A DNA stretch of 64,000 nucleotides from Thermoanaerobaculia bacterium (GTDB taxonomy: Bacteria; Acidobacteriota; Thermoanaerobaculia; Multivoradales; Multivoraceae). The notes under the pieces are model-generated. The model saw only the letters and a list, made by a program, of their open reading frames with translations, had not been told where the DNA came from and searched no databases. Where the stretch lies: assembly GCA_963664405.1 (NCBI GenBank), contig OY761158.1, forward strand, positions 6,496,001 through 6,560,000, given 5' to 3'. A program made the position numbers and the translations under genes. Shown here piece by piece: positions 28,049 to 40,660 of the stretch. The first letter of the stretch is position 1. The number at the start of each line of letters is the position of its first letter.

Positions 28049-28184
28049 TCGCGAAGCTGGCAACCAGAAACGCCCGAGAACGCCCGTTCTCTGCCGCGGG
28101 AGGGTAGTGTGCACACCCTGCCGCGCCAGCGGCCTTTCTGGGCGCGACCGGGGCGCAAGTAGAGGCTCTCGGGTGGCTCTCGGG

Positions 28185-28529
28185 CTACTGTTCCAGAAGG
28201 GAGAGGAGAACGGCTCGGTCCTGACGGGAAAGGCTCGTGAACTCGGCTCCGATTTCGAGCCGGCCACCCTCGGCGAGCTCGACGTGAACCACTCGCGCCT
28301 CGGCTTGAATCAGCTCCTCGCCTGCGCCAATCTCGAGCTCCAAGAGGTCGCCCTCCTCCAGCCCCGTGCTGACTTTAAAGCGGACGCCAGACCGGCTGAG
28401 ATCGATGGTTCTACCCATTGAAGTCGATGTTATTCGGCGCTCGTGCCTGGTATAGGCAACTAGACTGACGGAGTGGACGCGAGGCGCGCTTCTGCGGTTC
28501 TGATCGCTTGGCATCGGAGCCACCGGCAC
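28185..28529 (-). CDS. PilZ domain protein
   Basis: RRSAPR (RxxxR) and DLSRSG (DxSxxG) c-di-GMP-binding motifs. Confidence 0.85.
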   Translation of the reverse strand: MPVAPMPSDQNRRSAPRVHSVSLVAYTRHERRITSTSMGRTIDLSRSGVRFKVSTGLEEGDLLELEIGAGEELIQAEARVVHVELAEGGRLEIGAEFTSLSRQDRAVLLSLLEQ

Positions 28530-28683
28530 GGGTAGTTTACGAGGCTCAGTGTACTCCTACCGTCCGCGTAACCCAGCACCGCCGCCCTGATCGTCTCCAA
28601 CTCCACCGTGGGTAGCGCCAATTGGCGCTAGGGGTGAAAGAGTCCAGCGACTGGACGAACCGGGCAAATTTGTCCACTTCGTA

Positions 28684-28709
28684 AAACATCGGCAGCGCCG
28701 CCGATGTTT
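28684..28709 (-). terminator. hairpin terminator after 28714-29043
   Basis: AAACATCGGC-6 nt-GCCGATGTTT immediately after the stop. Confidence 0.5.
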
Positions 28710-28713
28710 CTAG

Positions 28714-29043
28714 CTAAACCGGCCGCGCACTCGAGAGCACGAAGCGGACCGTGCCCTGTGCCGCTTCCCTGGTCTCGGGGAACCGTACGATGGGCCACCG
28801 CCTCCCGTCTTCAATCTCTAATTCCACCCCAACCTCCGGGAGAGAGTGTGCGGCGGCAAGATTATCGAAAATGAGGATACCTCTCCCCTCTTTAAGACCA
28901 CGGTAAGTTCCTCCGCCCGGATGCGTCCCGACTTCCTGTGTGACCTTCAGCTGATAGTGCGCCTCAACCGACTCTCCGCTGTAGTAGACGCGACCCTTAC
29001 CCTCAAGGGTTTCGAGCTCTCTGCGGATTCTGCCTTGTGCCAT
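28714..29043 (-). CDS. hypothetical protein, paralog of 27644-28006
   Basis: Collinear similarity to the paralog. Confidence 0.7.
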   Translation of the reverse strand: MAQGRIRRELETLEGKGRVYYSGESVEAHYQLKVTQEVGTHPGGGTYRGLKEGRGILIFDNLAAAHSLPEVGVELEIEDGRRWPIVRFPETREAAQGTVRFVLSSARPV

Positions 29044-29243
29044 CAGGCGATTCTACATCCGGGCAAATCTGCCCGAAGGTTCGTGGAGTCGTCGCGCAGC
29101 ACAAGAGCAAAAACCGAGGCTCTCACAGGCCCGCTACGGCCCTATCGCCCACCCCTGAGGAGTAGGACCGGCGTCGCACCGTGGAGAGGATGTAGCGGAC
29201 GTATAGAGGGTCGAGCTCGTCACGGTCCCTTCTCGAGGAGGAT

Positions 29244-29334
29244 GTTTGGAGAATGGGGAGAGGTCTTCCCCAACGCTACTACCGTCGTCACCATCGTCGA
29301 TCGCCTCGTCCATCGCTGCGAGCACGTGAAGTTG
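29244..29334 (+). pseudogene. istB C-terminal remnant
   Basis: FGEWGEVFPNATTVVTIVDRLVHRCE; compare FAEWAEVFPNASCVVTLVDRLTHHAE in the intact IstB. Confidence 0.75.
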
Positions 29335-29416
29335 GGTGCTCCGTAAGAGTTCGCCGTAGCCCGTCTAGCTTGGTTCGAGGATCCGTGTTGTCGTTGTCGT
29401 TTCGAAGGGGACAACG

Positions 29417-29749
29417 ATGGATGGACAAGCAGCTCAGTTTCGGGAGTCGGTACGGCAGGGAAATGTGGGTAAGGTTTCGGGCCGTCGTCGGTTCACAGAA
29501 GAGCAGCGGTTGGAGGCAATGAGCTACTTCGAGTTGCGCCGACGGGAGGGTGCTCGGGTGTCGGCGATCGCCGAGGAGTTGGGAGTGGGCAAGACGACTC
29601 TCGAGCGCTGGCGTAGTCGAGACTCGGGCTTCGTGCGTGTCGAGGCCGTGCCGGCCGCGTCGGAGGTGACTTTGGTGAGTCCGAGTGGCTACCGGGTCGA
29701 GGGCCTGAGCGCGGACCAGGCGATCGAGTATGTGAGTCGCCTCGGATGA
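29417..29749 (+). CDS. tnpA: IS66 TnpA-like HTH protein
   Basis: IAEELGVGKTTLERW HTH; first ORF of the element. Confidence 0.75.
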   Translation: MDGQAAQFRESVRQGNVGKVSGRRRFTEEQRLEAMSYFELRRREGARVSAIAEELGVGKTTLERWRSRDSGFVRVEAVPAASEVTLVSPSGYRVEGLSADQAIEYVSRLG

Positions 29750-30126
29750 TGGAGTTGCTTCCCGGCCGGCAGGTCTTCGCGTACGCGGGCCCGGTGGACA
29801 TGCGCAAGGGGTACGACAGCCTGGCGGCTCTGGTGGAGCAGGATCTCGATCAAAACGTCTTGTCGGGAGATCTCTTCCTCTTCGTAGCTCGCAACCGTGT
29901 GCGGGCGAAGGTGTTGGTCTTCGATGGATCGGGCCTTTGTCTGCTGGCAAAACGTCTGGAGAAGGGCCGATTTGCGTGCCTCTGGCGGGATCGAAGAGGT
30001 CCCGTACTGCGTCTGTCTCGGGCTGAGCTTGGGCTGTTTCTCGAAGGAAGCCAAGCCGTTGGTAGAAAACGACTTGTTCCTGAGAATCTAGACAAAAAAG
30101 AGCTTGCGATTCGCTCACCGGCATGA
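29746..30126 (+). CDS. tnpB: IS66 accessory protein TnpB
   Basis: PVDMRKGYDSL...KRLEKGRF. Confidence 0.92.
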   Translation: MMELLPGRQVFAYAGPVDMRKGYDSLAALVEQDLDQNVLSGDLFLFVARNRVRAKVLVFDGSGLCLLAKRLEKGRFACLWRDRRGPVLRLSRAELGLFLEGSQAVGRKRLVPENLDKKELAIRSPA

Positions 30127-30142
30127 GAGAAAGGGGCATCCG

Positions 30143-31600
30143 ATGCAGGTGCCCGAAACGACCGCCTCTCTCGACGTCGTACTCGCGCACTATTCGCTTC
30201 TGAGCACCGAAAACGACCGTCTGCTGGACCTGGTCCGCCAGCTGAAGCGAGAGAATGCGAGCCTGCGCGGCGAGGACGCCGATCAGGCCGAGCTCGAGTT
30301 GCTTCTGGGTCTTGGCAAGCTCGAGATCCAGCGCCAGGCCCGGGAGCTCCCCGACTCGGAAGCGCGACCGCGCAAGCAGCGCGGCCACGGGCCGACGCCG
30401 CAACCGGACCTACCGGTGGTCGTCTTGGAGCACGTGCTGGGAGAGGGCGAGCGGACGTGTCCGGCCTGTGGAGACCCGACGCTTCAGCCCTTGGGCGTCG
30501 AGACACAAGACTCCGAAGAGATCACGATCGAGATGAAGCGCGTGGTGCGTCGGGTGCATCGGCGCCAGAAGTACCGTTGCGCTTGCAACAGCGCAGTTGG
30601 GACGGCGCCGAATCCGCATCCGCGGCTGGTGCCCGGCGGTCGGTACTCGCTGGAGTTTGCGGTCTCGGTGGCGACGTCGAAGATCGTCGATCACATGCCT
30701 CTGCATCGCCAGGTCAAGGAGCTCAGCCGCAGCGGTCTACGAGTGACGAAGCAGACGCTGTGGGACCAGGAGCAAGCCCTAGCCGAGGTGCTGCGTCCGA
30801 CCTATGCAGCGCTCAAGGAGCAGATCCTGGGATCTGACTTCCTCCATGCCGACGAGACGGGCTTCCTGCTGACGCAGGGCAAGCACTCGAGACGAGAAAC
30901 TCTCTGGGTGCTCAGCACGAATCAGCATGCCTGGTACACGCTGGGGCGCAAGAGCTTCGCTGCGGGCGAGGAGATCCTCGGCGCTTACGACGGAATCGTG
31001 ATCGCGGACGGCTACCCAGTGTACGAGCAGCTTTCCCGGGCCGGGCCCCTGCGTCTGGCGAATTGTTGGGCTCACAGTTTGCGCAAATTCCGCGATGCGC
31101 AGAAGCATCGGCCGCGGGAGTGCGCCCAGATCTTGAAGTTGATCGGAGAGCTCTACGAGATCGAGCGCGAGATCGACGCCTTGGATCTTGAACCGGCGGA
31201 CACTCTGCTGCGCCGGGCGGAGGCTCGAGTGAAGCGCTCATCGAAGGTGATTGCGGCGATCAAGGCTTGGGCGCTGTCGCAAACGGGGCTTCCGCGCAGC
31301 GACTTCATCAAAGCGGTCAAGTACATCCTGGCTCGCTGGGAGGGGCTGACTCGCTTCCTCGAGGATGCACGGCTACCGCTGGACAACAACCGTGCCGAGA
31401 ACGCGCTGCGAGGACCCGTCGTCGGCCGAAAGAACTATCTACAGTTTCGATCTCGGCGGGGATGCGAGGTCGGAGCCATTCTCTACTCGCTCTGCGAGAC
31501 TGCGCGGCTGCATGGCGTCGCGCCAGATCACTACCTTCGCGTCGCTGCACAACGGGCGCTTCAAAATCCCGGCACCGCCACCTTCCCCGATCGGATCTGA
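30143..31600 (+). CDS. tnpC: IS66 DDE transposase TnpC
   Basis: Zn finger CPAC, HADET, ADGYPVY, CWAH, DNNRAENALR. Confidence 0.93.
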   Translation: MQVPETTASLDVVLAHYSLLSTENDRLLDLVRQLKRENASLRGEDADQAELELLLGLGKLEIQRQARELPDSEARPRKQRGHGPTPQPDLPVVVLEHVLGEGERTCPACGDPTLQPLGVETQDSEEITIEMKRVVRRVHRRQKYRCACNSAVGTAPNPHPRLVPGGRYSLEFAVSVATSKIVDHMPLHRQVKELSRSGLRVTKQTLWDQEQALAEVLRPTYAALKEQILGSDFLHADETGFLLTQGKHSRRETLWVLSTNQHAWYTLGRKSFAAGEEILGAYDGIVIADGYPVYEQLSRAGPLRLANCWAHSLRKFRDAQKHRPRECAQILKLIGELYEIEREIDALDLEPADTLLRRAEARVKRSSKVIAAIKAWALSQTGLPRSDFIKAVKYILARWEGLTRFLEDARLPLDNNRAENALRGPVVGRKNYLQFRSRRGCEVGAILYSLCETARLHGVAPDHYLRVAAQRALQNPGTATFPDRI

Positions 31601-31902
31601 TCGTCCGCGGGCCCCTTGCCCAGCTCGGCACCGTCGTCAAGACGTGCCACGGCGAGCTCTTACGGTGCTCCGCTGACTATGGAAGAGGAACATCAAGAGC
31701 TTGTAGGCGCGCTTCGTGTGCAGCCCATGATCGAGAAGGCCGCTGGCTCCGGAGCGCGATTTCTTGTCCATCGCTTCCACCAGCGTCCAGGGTTTCCCCA
31801 GGTTTGCGTAGGACTTGCGTAGCCTCGATCTGGTCATGATCACCCGATGCTCGAATCGCGGTGCGCACAAGAAATCCTCGAAGGGAGACTTTTTCGCTGA
31901 GA

Positions 31903-34197
<2,295 letters not shown>

Positions 34198-34305
34198 CTA
34201 GGAGCGCTACCCAATACGCCCAAGTGTTCAAAATAGGGTTACTTGGGAACACTCAGGACGTCGTGCGGGGTCTACTGAGCTCGACCTACTGACCTGCTCC
34301 CCGAT

Positions 34306-34497
34306 CTACGGTTGACCGCCCCTGGCTACTAGCTTCGGCGGCTGAGGCACGCTGTGATTGCAGGTGTATCTCATGCCGCCTTGGTTGTGTGTTTGGAGTT
34401 CCTCCAGGTGCTTCAGACAGAGCCCGACACTGCAGTGCCGACAGAGAGCCACTGCCCTCTTCTCCTCGCCTTCGCATGCGCAGACATAGCAATCCAT
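34306..34497 (-). CDS. small Cys-rich protein (DUF2180-like)
   Basis: MDCYVC...AVALCRHCSVGLCLKH; GGAG upstream. Confidence 0.7.
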   Translation of the reverse strand: MDCYVCACEGEEKRAVALCRHCSVGLCLKHLEELQTHNQGGMRYTCNHSVPQPPKLVARGGQP

Positions 34498-34651
34498 TGT
34501 TCTACTCCATTCGATTGTTCATTAAGAGGGATCGTCCTGGGACTTGGGCGAAGACACGCGGCCATCCGGGTATTTGGACGGCCGACTGAGCCGTGGGCGC
34601 CTTGGCGCGAGAGTAGCTAGCGGAGATAATGCTAATCAACACTTCTGGAAG

Positions 34652-35356
34652 CTAGTCCTGGTCGTTCGGGCAAAGCCAGCTGTACACCTTGCCTGCGATG
34701 AAGGCACCGACTAGCGGAGCGACCCAGAACAGCCACAACTGGGTCAGCGCCCAGCCACCGACAAAAACTGCCGGGCCGGTGCTGCGAGCCGGGTTGACCG
34801 AGGTGTTGGTCACCGGGATGCTGATCAGATGGATCAGTACCAGTGCAAGGCCGATAGCGAGTCCGCCAAACCCGGCCGGCGCAAGCTTGTGAGTGACACC
34901 TAGGATCACGATCAGGAAGACAAAGGTCATCACGACCTCGGTAAGGAGTGCCGAGGTCATCGAGTAGCCACCCGGCGAATGTTCCCCATACCCATTTGAC
35001 GCGAGGCCGTTAGCCGCGACATCGAAATCAGCCTGTCCACCGGCAATCACTATCAACACACCGGCCGCAACGATGGCACCCGCGACCTGGACCAAGGTGT
35101 ACGGAATTAATTCGTTGGCCGGAAATCGTCCACCTGCCCACAAGCCGACGGACACCGCCGGGTTCAAGTGACAGCCCGAGATGTGCCCGACGGCGTAGGC
35201 CATGGTCACAACTGTCAGGCCGAAAGCGAGGGATACCCCGACGAAGCCGATCCCAGTGTCAGGGAACGTGGCTGCCAGAACCGCACTCCCACACCCTCCG
35301 AGAACCAGCCAGAACGTGCCTATGAATTCAGCAGTGAGCTTTTTTGACAACGGCAT
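34652..35356 (-). CDS. aqpZ: aquaporin Z
   Basis: Two NPA motifs (HLNPAVS, SVNPARS); [17 protein letters not shown]. Confidence 0.96.
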   Translation of the reverse strand: MPLSKKLTAEFIGTFWLVLGGCGSAVLAATFPDTGIGFVGVSLAFGLTVVTMAYAVGHISGCHLNPAVSVGLWAGGRFPANELIPYTLVQVAGAIVAAGVLIVIAGGQADFDVAANGLASNGYGEHSPGGYSMTSALLTEVVMTFVFLIVILGVTHKLAPAGFGGLAIGLALVLIHLISIPVTNTSVNPARSTGPAVFVGGWALTQLWLFWVAPLVGAFIAGKVYSWLCPNDQD

Positions 35357-35408
35357 CTTGGGTTCTCCGCATTGTGCACTTGCCCTTCTTCACAAATCTT
35401 CCGGGCTC

Positions 35409-35727
35409 TCACTGCGGGAACGAACTCGGCGCGGTGTCCTGATAGCCCTCGCCATCGAGTGCCGCCATGAACGCGACAATCTCGTTGATTTCCTCGTCTG
35501 TCAAGTCGAGCGGCTTGATCTTCAGATCCAACTGCGGGTTCGGATTACCGCCCTGGTTATAGAGCTCCACAACCTCGCGCAACGTCTCAATCGACCCGTC
35601 ATGCCGCCTCCCACGCCGGGGGTGGTTGCTCCTGCGGCGTACATCCCGCCGACAGGAAAACGATGATGAATCCCGCCAATAGGAAGCTGATGATCAGCCC
35701 TAGCCGTTTCCTGACCATAGGCTCCAT
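35409..35727 (-). pseudogene. di-heme cytochrome c peroxidase with a large internal deletion
   Basis: Lipoprotein signal (LSAGC) joined out of frame at about 35600 to HDGSIETLREVVELYNQGG...LDLTDEEINEIVAFMAAL, the typical CcpA/MauG C-terminus. Confidence 0.75.
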
Positions 35728-36003
35728 GTCAATCGCTCCTTCTGCTGTACCCCCCCCGCACCCGAGAGTTGACGCGTCACGCGGAACGCGCAAGCGATGC
35801 TGCTGCAAGTTCTTCTCTCGGAAGGGTAGAAGGACTGTAGCATGTCAACAGATCTTATTTGTTTGGCTTACAGGACAAACATCTGTGTACTGGCTTTCAT
35901 GTCCACCAGGGCAACACCAAAGGTCGAGGTGTGACGTTGGCAGGGACTGACTTAGACCGACTTCGCCGAGCTCCTCGGCGCAAAACGGCCTACAATCTCC
36001 GGA

Positions 36004-36662
36004 ATGCGCGATGACGTGAGGGTTGTTCTGCGTCGGCTCGGGGAGGAGATCCGAGCCCGCGGACTCAAGCAGAACGACATCGAAGAGCTCGGCGGACTGA
36101 AGCCGCGGGACGTGACCCGGGTCCTCAACGGACATAAAGAGGCGACGCTTGCCATCGTGTTGTCGATCGGCAAGGGTATGGGATGGGCCTCACCCGGCCC
36201 GATCTCTTCTCGGTCCTCGCGGGCGTTCCTCTCAAGTCTGCATCGCGCTTCAGCGAGTCTGAGGCCGACGCCATCGTCGAGATCATCGAGGCGAGGTTAG
36301 GGCTGAAGGGGCCAACACAGCCGCTCGTCCCGGCCGACCCGATTAAGGTTGGCCTCTGCGTCATAGACAAGGACCTCCGTTTCGTCCAGATCAACGAGGT
36401 TCTCGCCCAGATTAACGGTAGGACAGCTGAGGCGCACATCGGCAAGCACATTGCCGAGGTGCTCCCCGGGGCGGCCGAGGGAGTAGTGCCGCAACTTCTC
36501 CATGTACTCAATACCGGAGAGCCGATCGTAGGCGGGGAGGTTGTGACAGAAACGCCTGCGCACCCCGGGGAAGAGAGACGCTACCTACACAACTACTACC
36601 CCATTTGTGGCACGGACGGCGCAGTGAGCGAGGTCAACTGCATTGTTGTGGGGGCAGCCTAG
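36004..36662 (+). pseudogene. XRE-type HTH plus PAS regulator, frameshifted
   Basis: HTH (GLKQNDIEE...VTRVLNG) and PAS (IDKDLRFVQINEVLAQING...HIGK) join in frame if one ATGGG copy at 36178-36187 is removed. Confidence 0.7.
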
Positions 36663-37009
36663 GGCTCGATCGCAACGCCTCCATCTCGAAATCGAGATAC
36701 CGATCTGGCTGAGGGCGCCGACCCGTGGCTCAAGGCGATGAAGTTGGAGGAGCTGCTGGCAAGGCGCCACCCTGTACGCGTTGGTTCTCTGCACGCCCAT
36801 GTTCTGGGAAGAAAAAGATTGTTCGGGACCGCCCGCGCGGGCAGAAGAGAGCGATCGACGAGACTCTTGAGGAGCTGGAAGAGGCCCCACCCCAGACAAG
36901 CAACTGGCAACCGTCCCGATCCTGGACTCCTTGGGCGCGACGAACTCGAACGTGATCGTCGTCTGGGAGCGCGGACATGAAATCAGATCGTGGGGATCCC
37001 TGTTACCGG

Positions 37010-37366
37010 CTACGAGAAAGCGCACTTAGTTGGCTGCGAGTCGGTTTTTTGTCCCCGCGAGGCGTGACTCAGGGTGTGGCGCAGATAGTCGAGGTACCCC
37101 TCGGGGGGTGGCGTCGTGGGGAGTTCTCGGAGGATGGGGAGAAAGTAGGCGAGGGATCGGATGGGCTGGAGCTTTGGTAGGCGCGGATCTCGGCATGCGC
37201 GTCGGGCGGAGCCGAGGAGGAGGGCGGCCTGGAGGACGGTGAGAGGCAGGTCTTGGTCGAAGAGCTGGTCGACGATGACGCGGTCGCCGTGGTGGAAGCG
37301 GTGCGGGGTGTCGGGAAGGAGTCGATAGAGGCGGAGGAGCTGGCGCCGATAGTGGCTTCGGGTCAT
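37010..37366 (-). CDS. downstream accessory protein of IS21 copy 2
   Basis: Same as 5235-5600 minus the first three residues. Confidence 0.65.
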   Translation of the reverse strand: MTRSHYRRQLLRLYRLLPDTPHRFHHGDRVIVDQLFDQDLPLTVLQAALLLGSARRACRDPRLPKLQPIRSLAYFLPILRELPTTPPPEGYLDYLRHTLSHASRGQKTDSQPTKCAFS

Positions 37367-38157
37367 GAGCGTCGTCGTGCTGCGCTCCGCCTTTTGGCGC
37401 GGTCCTTGGCCTTTTTTTCAGCAGCCTCCTTGGCCTCCTTGCGGCGATAGGAGTTAGCCTCGATCTTGACGATCTCGGCGTGGTGGGTGAGTCGATCGAC
37501 GAGAGTGACGACGCAGGAGGCGTTGGGAAAGACCTCGGCCCATTCGGCGAAGGGCTTGTTGGTGGTGAGAAGAATGGGCTTGTTGCCGTATCTCCTGGAG
37601 ACGACCTCGAAGAGGAGATCCGCGTGGCGGTGGTCGTAGGAGAGATAGCCGAGCTCATCGATTGCCAAAAGCGAGGGTCGGGTGTATTTGGAGAGCCTTC
37701 TCTGGAGCGCCGAGGGGGTTTCCTGGACGGCGAGATCGTTGAGCATGTCGGAGGCGGTGACGAAGCTGGCGGTGGCCCCTCGTTGCAGCGCCTGGTAGAG
37801 GAGGTTCTTGGCAATCATGGTCTTGCCGACACCGTTGGGTCCGAGGAGGATGACGTTGGTGATGTCGTCGAGGAATTGGAGGGTGAGCAGATCCTGGATC
37901 TGCTCGCGGTCGATGCGCTGGGGCCAGGAGAAGTCGAAGTCGGCGATGCTCTTGAAGAGCCCGACGCGGCTGGTGCGGATGCGCCGTTCGAGGCTGCGCC
38001 GTTTGCGCTCGGCCTCTTCTTTGCGCAGCAGCTGTTCGAGCCAGGGCTGTTCTCGGTAGGTGCCCCAGTCGTCGACGAGGGCGTAGAAGCCGAGGGATCG
38101 GGCGAGCTCTCGTAGTGGTTCGTCAGGGATCGTTGGACTCTTCCTGGGTCGGGCCAT
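37363..38157 (-). CDS. istB: IS21 helper ATPase IstB
   Basis: Same as copy 1 plus a 3-aa C-terminal extension. Confidence 0.95.
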   Translation of the reverse strand: MARPRKSPTIPDEPLRELARSLGFYALVDDWGTYREQPWLEQLLRKEEAERKRRSLERRIRTSRVGLFKSIADFDFSWPQRIDREQIQDLLTLQFLDDITNVILLGPNGVGKTMIAKNLLYQALQRGATASFVTASDMLNDLAVQETPSALQRRLSKYTRPSLLAIDELGYLSYDHRHADLLFEVVSRRYGNKPILLTTNKPFAEWAEVFPNASCVVTLVDRLTHHAEIVKIEANSYRRKEAKEAAEKKAKDRAKRRSAARRRS

Positions 38158-39631
38158 CGTCGTTGCCTCCAAGTTGGTCGTAGTCCTCGAGGTTGTGCGG
38201 TCTCACGGAGAGATCTCGCTGTTGGAGCTCCTGGCTGAGCGGCACCGGTAAAGCCGGGGGCTGACCGAGGCCGCGCTGGTGCCGTTCGAGTAGGAGCCGG
38301 ACGGACTGGAATCGCGGTGCGTGGTTCAGGAGCGCTTCGCGCACGGCTTTGTCGAGTCGCTGGGGGCCGTACTGGCGCAGGAGTCGGAGCAGGCCGGCGG
38401 TCTGCGTTCCGAGGTTCTCGCCTCGCTCGGCGAGCTGCTGCATCAGCTCTTCGCATCGAGGCACAGCGGAAAACAGCCGATGGAAGCCCCGGTGTCGTCG
38501 GGCCCTGCGTTTGTGAGCGAGGAGCTCCTCGAGGTGTTGAGGATCGAGGATCTGCTCGCCCCGGGAGTACGAGCGAGGGTGCTCGGCGAGGAGCTCCTGG
38601 CCATCGAGGATCCGCACCCGATGCTCGCTGGCGAGGAGCGTGACGGTCCTCTGCACATGACTGTGCGGCACCGAGTAGTCGTTGAGGTCGAAGCGCACGA
38701 TCGGCGTCTTTCTGACCTTGATCTCCAGTCGCAGGTCGGTTTCGAAGTCGTCTCCGGGAAGCTCAAGCAGTCGAGGTCGTTCCTGGGCCAGGGCGCTTTT
38801 CACGGTTCGCTGTCGGTCCTGCGGCCAGGGTCTGCGCTGCGACCTCTGGCACCATTCCAGGACCTGCCGATTCAGACGATCCAAATCGCTCACCGTTCGG
38901 GCGCCGAAGAACGAGCTTCGCAGGAAGCGGATTGCGCGCTCGACGCGGCCTTTCTCATTTCCCCGAGCCACCGCGGCGACGGTGGGAAGGAAGCCGTAGT
39001 GGCTGGCGAAATCGAGCAGCACGGGATGGAAGCGCACCGCGGTTCCCTGCCGCTCGATCACCGCGGTTCGCAGGTTGTCGTACAGAACGGTCCTGACGAC
39101 GCCGTCGACGTAGTGGAAGGCCAGCTGGTGAGCGTGCAAGAAGGTTTCGAGACGAGTGTCGAGGGTGAAGTGCACGAAGACCGTGCGCGAGAACGACAGC
39201 ACGAAGACGAAGGCATAGAGCCGACGATGTGCCCGGCCGACGCGGAGCCGACCGAAGTGGCCCCAGTCGACCTGCGCCTGCTCTCCTGGCAGCATGCGCA
39301 GCGAGAGAAACGCCTCGCGCTGGGGCTTCGGTCGCATCGAGGCCACCAGGTGGCGAAACTGATCCGGGCCTCCTGGATAGCCGCGCTCCACCACCATGGT
39401 GTAGAGACGGCTCGCCGGCAGTCGTGGGTAGGTCCCGAGCACCTGCTCGATGAACGGCAGGTAAGGATCGATCATCCTCCCTCGTCGCTGCTGGGGTAGC
39501 ACGCCGGACTTCTCCAGCGCCCGGCGCACGGTTGAGGGGTGCAGCTGTAGCTGTCGAGCGATCGTGCCGACTTTCCACTTCTCGACCAGGAACAGACGAC
39601 GGATCTCCCCGCGCAGCTGTGCGTCGATCAC
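38123..39631 (-). CDS. istA: IS21 transposase IstA
   Basis: Translation identical to copy 1. Confidence 0.95.
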   Translation of the reverse strand: MIDAQLRGEIRRLFLVEKWKVGTIARQLQLHPSTVRRALEKSGVLPQQRRGRMIDPYLPFIEQVLGTYPRLPASRLYTMVVERGYPGGPDQFRHLVASMRPKPQREAFLSLRMLPGEQAQVDWGHFGRLRVGRAHRRLYAFVFVLSFSRTVFVHFTLDTRLETFLHAHQLAFHYVDGVVRTVLYDNLRTAVIERQGTAVRFHPVLLDFASHYGFLPTVAAVARGNEKGRVERAIRFLRSSFFGARTVSDLDRLNRQVLEWCQRSQRRPWPQDRQRTVKSALAQERPRLLELPGDDFETDLRLEIKVRKTPIVRFDLNDYSVPHSHVQRTVTLLASEHRVRILDGQELLAEHPRSYSRGEQILDPQHLEELLAHKRRARRHRGFHRLFSAVPRCEELMQQLAERGENLGTQTAGLLRLLRQYGPQRLDKAVREALLNHAPRFQSVRLLLERHQRGLGQPPALPVPLSQELQQRDLSVRPHNLEDYDQLGGNDDGPTQEESNDP

Positions 39632-39635
39632 GCCC

Positions 39636-40031
39636 CTATCTCCGTCGGCAACGACGAAAGCTCGTTCGCACAAACTCTCGGCAGGCCTCTCCACACTGCA
39701 TGCATCGCGGATTCCTCGGGTCGTAGCGCACTTCGCGCCTCGGAGTCTCGATCCGACACAGTGTCCTCCCCGAAGTACCGCCTGGGGTACCCTGATGCGT
39801 CACTTTCTCTGCCCGCTCGCGCTGGCGCCGACGGTAGCGGGCCTGACGGGCGGCATGACAATGCCGACCTCGGAGGCTTCGCTGGTACCGATGGCCGGCC
39901 GCCCGAGTCGATTCCCGACGAGCCACCAGAGCACAAGCCCGGCAGTAACGCTGGCCACGGTCACAGTGCGAGCACAGCGAGATACGCCGACGGCATCGAG
40001 CACAGTCGAAGAGTCGGTAGTCCGGTCGCAT
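39636..40031 (-). CDS. Cys-rich accessory protein of IS21 copy 2
   Basis: Translation identical to 2579-2974. Confidence 0.6.
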   Translation of the reverse strand: MRPDYRLFDCARCRRRISLCSHCDRGQRYCRACALVARRESTRAAGHRYQRSLRGRHCHAARQARYRRRQRERAEKVTHQGTPGGTSGRTLCRIETPRREVRYDPRNPRCMQCGEACREFVRTSFRRCRRR

Positions 40032-40660
40032 CGTCGCCTCCCATTCGACGACGACCCCGACTCTCTGCCATACTGCAAGCGCAGCTAATGCTGCGGTTTG
40101 GGGCAGAGCCCGGGGCGTTTTCTACTTCGCTTTCCCGGGCTCTCGCCGTCTCTGGTCGGCCTGCTCTATCAGAGCAGAGCCCGCACTGCAAAGCCCTACA
40201 CCGACTCACGCATCTCTTCCGACCGCAAACACGCCGCCGGGACCACGCACCCGGACCGCCGTTCCGGCGGGATGATGCCGCCCTTCCTGAAGAAGGCCTA
40301 GCTTTCCCGCGGTCGCGAAGCCCTCAGCTCACTCCATCCCGGAAACTGCGCTCGCAGCCAACGGGATGCGCTTTCTCGCAGCCATCAACAATCCCGGCTC
40401 GAAGAGCTTCATGGAGGCTAGGAAGCCCACGCCGGGAGCCAGAACCGGCCCCAGAAGCCGGCATGCCGCCCCCGGGTAGGGTTGCTCTACCCCTCGAAAG
40501 CCTGCTGAATGCACACCCGCCCCGGCACCAGGCCGCGCGCCTCGTAGGGTGCAAACTCCGTCGCCCAACCTCCCAACCGTACTGTCGCATGCGCAAGCTA
40601 CAGTGCGGGGAGCACCAGGCAGTTAAGCAACAGTGCCAAACTGACCCGGAGGCGAAAACG

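Larger units (their letters stand above)
29343..31663 (+). mobile_element. IS66-family element, 2321 bp
   Basis: IRs GTAAGAGTTCGCCGT / ACGGCGAGCTCTTAC; 8-bp TSD GGTGCTCC at 29335-29342 and 31664-31671. Confidence 0.95.
37001..40390 (-). mobile_element. IS21-family element, 3390 bp, copy 2 (inverted)
   Basis: Reverse complement of 2220-5609; 5-bp TSD ATCCC at 36996-37000 and 40391-40395. Confidence 0.95.
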
